From Nanobdellota archaeon (GTDB taxonomy: Archaea > Nanobdellota > Nanobdellia > Parvarchaeales > Parvarchaeaceae): a DNA stretch of 20,879 nucleotides. The notes under the pieces were generated by a model. The model worked only from the letters and a program-made list of their open reading frames with translations, had not been told where the DNA came from and made no database searches. The position numbers and the translations under genes were made by a program. The DNA lies in the NCBI GenBank assembly GCA_021807085.1, contig JAKAPM010000013.1, positions 1 through 20,879 on the forward strand. The letters are read 5' to 3'. Below, in pieces: positions 15,929 to 20,879 of the stretch; position 1 is the stretch's first letter, and each line of letters opens with the position of its first letter.

Positions 15929-15939
15929 ATAAAAAAATT
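15929..15939. terminator. A7T3 run acting as a possible bidirectional oligo-T terminator between rnp3 (+) and tRNA-Ile (-)
   Basis: On the minus strand the tRNA 3' end is followed directly by AATTTTTTT. Oligo-T tracts are archaeal termination signals. Confidence 0.35.
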
Positions 15940-16040
15940 TGGCCCAGCCGTGATTCGAACACGGGACCTCTGCTTTACTCAAAGTTACTGGAACGCTCTC
16001 GTATAAGAGCAGCGCTCTAGCCGGGCTAAGCTACTGGGCC
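15940..16040 (-). tRNA. tRNA-Ile (anticodon UAU) with a 26-nt canonical 37/38 BHB intron (15976..16001)
   Basis: Minus strand: GGCCCAG UA GCUU AGCCCGGCUA GAGC G CUGCU CUUAUA[CGAGAGCGUUCCAGUAACUUUGAGUA]A AGCAG AGGUC CCGUG UUCGAAU CACGG CUGGGCC A. BHB: CUUA/UGAG central helix with bulges UAC and UAA. Confidence 0.85.
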
Positions 16041-16060
16041 ATTAACTAATAATTCAGCAC

Positions 16061-16068
16061 TTTATAAC
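16061..16068 (-). promoter_or_regulatory. TATA box (TTATAAAG region) about 20 nt upstream of the tRNA-Ile 5' end
   Basis: Minus strand reads AAGTTATAAAGTGCTGAATTATTAGTTAAT immediately before GGCCCAG. Confidence 0.4.
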
Positions 16069-16109
16069 TTATATATACCTTATTGCCTCACTTGCACTAC
16101 ACAGAATTA

Positions 16110-16523
16110 CTAAGAAGTGTCGGGATAAAGGGACACTGATACCTTGTTCTCCAGTATGCTTCTCTTGCGCTCGCTGAGGTAATAACTCTCGGCAAGAGTT
16201 ATGCCGGTAACGTGCTCTATATACAGATTCTTGAGTTCGTTTATGCGGTTAACAACTATTTTTGCGTCGGTTTCGGAATGTACCATCACAACATATTCTC
16301 TTATCGGATTCCTACGGTTGTATTTCCTATCGAGCCGGTAAATCTTCTTCAGGGTCACGTCTATGCACTTTACAAAGTTAGGTTTGTCGCAGTCGCTCTC
16401 GAGATAAAATGTGGCGCGCCTTCCGTTTTCATCGTCTACAGAATAAGAGAAGTATCTGTTGAGACCGCCCTCAACGTTCTCTTTAGAAAAACCTACCAAC
16501 CTATCTAGTCCTTTCATGTTCAC
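16110..16523 (-). CDS. Hypothetical protein (137 aa), third gene of the RHH/CysD-like operon
   Basis: ORF overlaps the CysD-like stop (GTGA). Alternative ATG start at 16517. I recognise no motif. Confidence 0.5.
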   Translation of the reverse strand: MNMKGLDRLVGFSKENVEGGLNRYFSYSVDDENGRRATFYLESDCDKPNFVKCIDVTLKKIYRLDRKYNRRNPIREYVVMVHSETDAKIVVNRINELKNLYIEHVTGITLAESYYLSERKRSILENKVSVSLYPDTS

Positions 16524-17344
16524 ATGTACCCGAATAGTCTGAGCTTCTCCATGACCCCTTCCTTATCCTGCGATCTTCCCGCCCTCTCCTTGGTGTGCTC
16601 AAGGTCCTGTTCCCACGCGGGCAGGTCGCTGACTTTCTTTGAGTCCCTCTTTCCGTCTATGGACCTGTAACCTTGTTTGTACAGCGGATGTATTGGTAGT
16701 TTGTTCGCGAACAGGTACTCCCATACGTTTCTCTCCGTAAACGGCAGTATGGACTGTACGCGTACGTGGTTCGGATGCGACCTGGGACTGATGAAAACCT
16801 CAACCGACCTTGCTGCGTTCTCGTCCCACCTGACACCTGTGAAAAGTGCGTCAAACCTGTATTTTTCTATTGCTTCGTTCATGGCTACGGTCTTGAGAAT
16901 GTGGTTACCGACCTCTGTCTCTAGATCGTACGCAAAACTGTCTCCGGTAAAGCCTATTCTCTTTACCTCCTCTTGGTTAGTCTTGTTGAGATCCTTTACC
17001 TGTATCATATTGTCTTTTCCTACATTCTTCAGAACGTCGTCATTCCTCGCGTATACCATCTTGAAGCCCCACTTTTTGCTGATTTCATCGAGCATCTTGA
17101 GTGTATCCTCGTAGTGGTCGCCATGGTCTATGAACATAGCCGGCGGCATTGACATGTCAAGTTCCTTACAGGCTTTCCTTACTATATCTAGTACCACGGT
17201 GCTGTCTTTCCCCGCGCTCCACACCACAGTGGGCCTATTGAATCTCTTTAGGGCGTCCTTCACGACTACGAGGGCAATCTGCTCCTTCGCTTCCAGACTC
17301 AAGCCACCTTCTATCCTCTCTGTTCCCATAGAATATTCCGCCAT
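16520..17344 (-). CDS. CysD-like PP-loop ATP pyrophosphatase (PAPS-reductase/sulfate adenylyltransferase subunit 2 superfamily), orphan
   Basis: PP-loop VVWSAGKDS. FIDHGDHY, FTGVRWDE, LPFTERNVWEY and the C-terminal ERAGRSQDKEGVMEKLRLFGYM parallel E. coli CysD as I recall it. ATG 17344 is preceded by SD-like GAGGTG. The track ORF starts at GTG 17356. Confidence 0.7.
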   Translation of the reverse strand: MAEYSMGTERIEGGLSLEAKEQIALVVVKDALKRFNRPTVVWSAGKDSTVVLDIVRKACKELDMSMPPAMFIDHGDHYEDTLKMLDEISKKWGFKMVYARNDDVLKNVGKDNMIQVKDLNKTNQEEVKRIGFTGDSFAYDLETEVGNHILKTVAMNEAIEKYRFDALFTGVRWDENAARSVEVFISPRSHPNHVRVQSILPFTERNVWEYLFANKLPIHPLYKQGYRSIDGKRDSKKVSDLPAWEQDLEHTKERAGRSQDKEGVMEKLRLFGYM

Positions 17345-17352
17345 ATCACACC

Positions 17353-17574
17353 TCACATGTACCCCAAACGTCTCAGTCTATTTTCCAGACCCTGCACATC
17401 CTCGTTGTTTTTTCGGGTTTTCTCTCCTTCTTTGCCCTTATCAGAGATTATCTCCCTGAGGATGTATTCCACAAAGCTGGACAGAGAAGTAAATCCGGTT
17501 CCTTTCAGGAATTCTTTTGTCTTCTCGGCCAGCGGCTTCGGTATTGACACGGTTGTGAAACCTTTCTTTTCCAT
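17353..17574 (-). CDS. Ribbon-helix-helix (CopG/Arc/MetJ-type) DNA-binding protein
   Basis: FTTVSIPKPLAEKTKEFLKGTGFTSLSSFVEYILREII fits a beta-strand plus two helices. It is followed by a charged linker and the tail LENRLRRLGYM. Confidence 0.7.
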   Translation of the reverse strand: MEKKGFTTVSIPKPLAEKTKEFLKGTGFTSLSSFVEYILREIISDKGKEGEKTRKNNEDVQGLENRLRRLGYM

Positions 17575-17599
17575 AATTACTTATAATTATAAGTAATTA
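17574..17599. promoter_or_regulatory. Perfect 26-bp palindrome (TAATTACTTATAATTATAAGTAATTA), candidate RHH operator
   Basis: All 13 base pairs were verified position by position. Its left end is the first base of the RHH ATG (minus strand). A TATA-like TTAATTATAT lies just upstream (17601-17610). Confidence 0.5.
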
Positions 17600-17737
17600 G
17601 ATATAATTAATAGTATAAATACCTTTCGCTATTAGTAGCGTTGTAGTTTAAACGCAAATAAAACTACAGAATAAAGATTAAAAATACAAAGCTAAACTTC
17701 TATAACCTATTAATAGAACGGTCTATGTATAGATAAA

Positions 17738-18076
17738 ATGAGTCTGGTGATATCTGCAGTGATTGTCATCGCAATCGTACTTTTCGTGCTGTTAGTCTAC
17801 CCACGACCCTTTTCTATTAACCTTGGCAACCCGACGATACCACAGAATCCACTCGATGGCTACGCCGCTTCTTGTGACGCTGCCTGCTTACTCTCCTCTG
17901 CTATGAATAATGTCACGGCGTGGTGTGATTTTCAGAATTTCCAGTACAACGTTACCGGACAGACGTATAACTGTGCCAATGTACCGAACGGAACCACTAG
18001 CTGCCCGTTCGATAACATAACTTACTACTGGAATGCTACATTTGGCAGCCCATACTGCACTAACCACACGCCTTGA
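17738..18076 (+). CDS. Small N-terminally membrane-anchored 6-Cys protein with 6 N-glycosylation sequons (paralog of 12916..13206)
   Basis: 112 aa. TM anchor LVISAVIVIAIVLFVLLVY. Cys at residues 46, 50, 63, 79, 89 and 107 (first pair CxxxC). Sequons NVT, NVT, NGT, NIT, NAT, NHT. Confidence 0.6.
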   Translation: MSLVISAVIVIAIVLFVLLVYPRPFSINLGNPTIPQNPLDGYAASCDAACLLSSAMNNVTAWCDFQNFQYNVTGQTYNCANVPNGTTSCPFDNITYYWNATFGSPYCTNHTP

Positions 18077-18099
18077 GTTCCATAGACTGGCAAAAGACT

Positions 18100-18154
18100 G
18101 AGAGAATTGACCAACATCAGCAATGAGATTATATCATTCAAGATAAATTCTCTC
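18100..18154. repeat. 9-bp inverted repeat GAGAGAATT / AATTCTCTC enclosing an imperfect inner palindrome
   Basis: Arms at 18100-18108 and 18146-18154. The inner AATGAGAT/ATATCATT (around 18122-18138) has one mismatch. Lies in the 140-nt spacer after the 6-Cys gene. Confidence 0.4.
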
Positions 18155-18216
18155 GCGTGATAAAGGACTATAAAAGCAATAAAAAATATTAAAAAATCCA
18201 GAAGAAGATAATACTT

Positions 18217-19131
18217 ATGGCTATAAATTTGTTCGACCCGGCGGCCCAGGGTTTGTACGTCACTATTTTCTTATCATATATATTGGGGATAGTCCACGGT
18301 GTTACGCCGGACGAGCATACCTGGCCGATAACCTTCTCGTACGCGATAGGGAGCACAACTACAAGAAGAGGTGCGGAATCAGGAGCGGTGTTCTCGCTCG
18401 GGTTCACGCTACAGCGCGCAATAATGTCGGAAGTGATGTTCTTCGTTTTCGCGTACGGACTAACATCATTCAAGGATTTTATAAGTTCGCCGCTGTTTTT
18501 TGGGATAGTCTACACAGTAGTCGGGGTTGTTATGTACATAGCTGGACACTACGTAAAATACGGTAAGTATTACCCCCACATTGAAGTGGACGAATTCCTT
18601 AACAGAAAACTAAAGAAAAGATATGTGCACAAGGAAAGAGACTTTTTTAAGAGCGATGTCAAGATGTCTATGGCCCTTCTGCACGGTATTATAGCTGGTT
18701 TCGGTTTCGGTGCCTTCGCACTCATAATCTACTTCATTTTCGCACCATCCATGCCAGGTCCGGCGCTAGGCTTCGTTCCTGGGCTGGTCTTCGGGTTGGG
18801 GACTATGACCGCGCAATTCGCATTCGGAGCCATCTTTGGTACATGGATAAGAAAAGTCAAAAAGCTCGGCTTGAACGGCCTAAAGTTCTTAGCAAGGTAC
18901 ATATCAGCGTCGGTCCTGCTCTACGGTGGCGCGTTATTCATTCTGACAGGTATAGCAGTAGTGATTTTTCCAGAGATACTTACATTCGGGGTGGTTACCC
19001 CAATATCGGTGCACAACCTGCACAATCTCGGCGTGGGTTTTTTCATTGTGATAGCAATAGTTGTTGGGATAGGGTTGTATTCGTACGCCAAGGGTGTGAA
19101 GATAGCAACGCAACGATTCAAAAAAAGATGA
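18217..19131 (+). CDS. Polytopic membrane protein with an HGxxPDEH motif, possibly a NicO/RcnA-like metal-ion transporter
   Basis: 304 aa, about 8 TM. LGIVHGVTPDEHTWPI lies in TM1, and a second half starts LLHGIIAGFGFG after a charged loop. The family assignment is tentative. Confidence 0.35.
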   Translation: MAINLFDPAAQGLYVTIFLSYILGIVHGVTPDEHTWPITFSYAIGSTTTRRGAESGAVFSLGFTLQRAIMSEVMFFVFAYGLTSFKDFISSPLFFGIVYTVVGVVMYIAGHYVKYGKYYPHIEVDEFLNRKLKKRYVHKERDFFKSDVKMSMALLHGIIAGFGFGAFALIIYFIFAPSMPGPALGFVPGLVFGLGTMTAQFAFGAIFGTWIRKVKKLGLNGLKFLARYISASVLLYGGALFILTGIAVVIFPEILTFGVVTPISVHNLHNLGVGFFIVIAIVVGIGLYSYAKGVKIATQRFKKR

Positions 19132-19132
19132 T

Positions 19133-19825
19133 TCAGCCGCGTTTTTCAGGCAGGTTGGACATGTATCTGGCGTTGGACAGCATAGAGTGGTCGTTGTTGA
19201 AAAACACGAATGCTTTCCTGCCACCGAGCGCTTTTACACCATCAAACACGGAACGCAGCACTGGATTTGAATATCTGTAAGTGTACCATACGCGCCTGCC
19301 GTGCATACGCAAGTATATCTTATCCGAAGTCCTAACGTAAAAATTCCCTATAGGGGAGTCTATACTGGTCATGCAGATTTTCCTGTCCTTGAATTCCAAA
19401 TATATAGTATCGTTGAACCACGACACGTGCCTAGGCTCTATAACTGCCTTTTCGTTGAGTTTGAATTTTTCCACTATTCTAAACACCCTGTCTTTGAATT
19501 TTGACGTGAAATTCGGCGGGAGCTGGAAGAGGTAGTTGTCGACTATCGAGTCCATGGGAGAGAAAATGTCCAGAAACTTCGACATAGAACGTTCCGCTCT
19601 CATGTTAAGTTTGAACATCTGTGTTATAGTCCTGTTCACTTTTACGGACCATGACAGTCCTGATCCAGCTGATATCCAGGATTTCACTTGTTTGGAGGAT
19701 GGAAACCTGTAAAAACTGTAGTTGAGCTCTATGGCGTTCAAACCTGAGTTCTCAACGTACCATTTGAGATTGCCACCGCGGTTCCATTCATACATCCAGC
19801 CGGATGTGCCGACATAAAACTTCAT
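19133..19825 (-). CDS. DUF72 (YecE-like) family protein
   Basis: MKFYVGTSGWMYEWN…AIELNYSFYRFPS…WSVKVNRTITQ matches the DUF72 signature (GTSGW.y..W, E.N.tFY, F.vK). Confidence 0.7.
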   Translation of the reverse strand: MKFYVGTSGWMYEWNRGGNLKWYVENSGLNAIELNYSFYRFPSSKQVKSWISAGSGLSWSVKVNRTITQMFKLNMRAERSMSKFLDIFSPMDSIVDNYLFQLPPNFTSKFKDRVFRIVEKFKLNEKAVIEPRHVSWFNDTIYLEFKDRKICMTSIDSPIGNFYVRTSDKIYLRMHGRRVWYTYRYSNPVLRSVFDGVKALGGRKAFVFFNNDHSMLSNARYMSNLPEKRG

Positions 19826-19865
19826 AATGATAAGAATAAATTTACAGTTAAATTATTTATGACAT

Positions 19866-20879
19866 ATGGTTGCGACAATTGAACCGGTACACTACAAGAT
19901 AATTATAATACCGGACGCGGACAAGATGGTCTTCCTAGGTAGAGAGGACATAGACCTTAGAATATCAGACGCTGTGGACAGCATAACTCTGGACTCAAAA
20001 CATCTGCGGATAAAGAAGATTGTATTGAAGGAAGGTGACAAAAGCCTAAAGTGTAGGTTTCACACGTCGGAGAAGGAGGGAAAACTCACTATAAAAATGA
20101 AAAACAAAGTGAAAGGGGAAGCAAGTCTCCACATAGAATTTCTGGGTAGAAACAACGATAAGGGGTACGGATTTTACGCCAGCAGATACAAGCTTAACGG
20201 CAGAGAAGAAACTCTCCTGACGACCCAATTGGAACCTGTATACGCTAGGTATTTTTTCCCTTGTTTTGATGAACCTAAATTCAAGTCGAAATTCGAGTTG
20301 TCGGTCGAAATAGATGAAAAGCTTGATGCAGTCTCAAACATGGGGATAGTATCGAAAGGAAAGACGCGAAATGGCAAGAAAATCGTGAAATTTGCAATTA
20401 CCCCTCCTATGACCACATATCTTCTTTATTTAGGTGTGGGTACCTTTGAAAAGAAAGAGGTCTACGCCAACAACACTAGAATAAGACTAGTATCCACCCC
20501 AGGCAAAACCGACTTGGCTAATATAGCGCTAAAGTACGCGCCGCTTCTTTTGGACTACTTCGAGAGATATTTCGATGTCGGATACCCCCTCGAAAAACTA
20601 GACTTAATAGCGATACCGGACTTCCAGGCGGGAGCAATGGAAAACTGGGGAGCAATAACCTTCAGGGAAGAGCTTCTTCTTGCGGCAGACGACTGCTCAC
20701 CAAAAACCAAGATTAGGATAATAGAGACGATAGCTCACGAATTAGCACACCAATGGTTCGGAAACCTGGTGACAGCCAACGACTGGAGAGATATATGGCT
20801 AAACGAAAGTTTCGCGACGTTCATGAGCTACAAAGCTATGGAATCTATCGACCACTCTCTTCTTGGGGAAGAAGCGTTC
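19866..20879 (+). CDS. M1-family zinc aminopeptidase (tricorn-interacting-factor F2/F3-like), N-terminal 338 codons; the 3' end lies outside the window
   Basis: Open frame from ATG 19866 to the window end. It is absent from the ORF track because it has no stop in the window. GAMEN at 20631-20645, HELAHQWFGN at 20736 onward, then WLNESFA. Confidence 0.85.
   Translation, partial: MVATIEPVHYKIIIIPDADKMVFLGREDIDLRISDAVDSITLDSKHLRIKKIVLKEGDKSLKCRFHTSEKEGKLTIKMKNKVKGEASLHIEFLGRNNDKGYGFYASRYKLNGREETLLTTQLEPVYARYFFPCFDEPKFKSKFELSVEIDEKLDAVSNMGIVSKGKTRNGKKIVKFAITPPMTTYLLYLGVGTFEKKEVYANNTRIRLVSTPGKTDLANIALKYAPLLLDYFERYFDVGYPLEKLDLIAIPDFQAGAMENWGAITFREELLLAADDCSPKTKIRIIETIAHELAHQWFGNLVTANDWRDIWLNESFATFMSYKAMESIDHSLLGEEAF

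Noticed and set aside
20046-20416. Two minus-strand ORFs from the track (20046..20228 and 20174..20416).
   Set aside because: They lie antisense to the open M1 aminopeptidase frame (GAMEN and HELAH motifs). That frame is missing from the track only because it has no stop inside the window.
1-20879. CRISPR arrays, integrated elements at the tRNA genes, IS elements, or toxin-domain or nuclease-rich defence islands.
   Set aside because: I found no spaced direct repeats, no integrase or transposase-like ORFs, and no tRNA-derived direct repeats (att-like) flanking either tRNA. Gene content is overwhelmingly housekeeping.

Overview
This is a densely packed archaeal chromosomal segment with about 25 protein genes and 2 tRNA genes. 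I saw no CRISPR array, integrase, transposase or other mobile-element signature. Archaeal hallmarks are Cbf5, archaeal-type CMP kinase, AglB/STT3, TFE-alpha, ribosomal protein L40e, an RNase P Rpp30-like subunit, a PAC2/Pba proteasome chaperone with an HbYX tail, BHB-intron tRNA, and TATA boxes about 21 nt upstream of start codons. Codon usage is rich in ATA, AGA and AGG. Secreted and lumenal domains are unusually rich in N-x-S/T sequons. Lineage cannot be fixed from the sequence alone; an acidophilic Thermoplasmata-like or DPANN-like archaeon is only a guess. Main findings: (1) cbf5 is interrupted exactly at its catalytic Asp codon by an in-frame TGA. That stop lies inside a predicted 12-nt bulge-helix-bulge mini-intron, and canonical excision restores GTLDPIVTG. 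(2) The cbf5 stop codon lies inside the same-strand tRNA-Pro gene. (3) There is an intron-containing tRNA-Ile with anticodon UAU. (4) A tightly coupled three-gene operon encodes an RHH regulator, an orphan Cys-poor CysD-like PP-loop enzyme and an unknown 137-aa protein. Two of these proteins share a C-terminal ...L-R-x-[LF]-G-Y-M tail, both gene junctions carry an identical 12-nt sequence, and a perfect 26-bp palindrome abuts the first start codon. (5) Two paralogous small membrane-anchored 6-Cys, sequon-rich proteins are present. (6) AglB, a cupin sugar-phosphate isomerase and a flippase form a glycosylation neighbourhood. All functional calls rest on motif recognition by eye; no database search was run.
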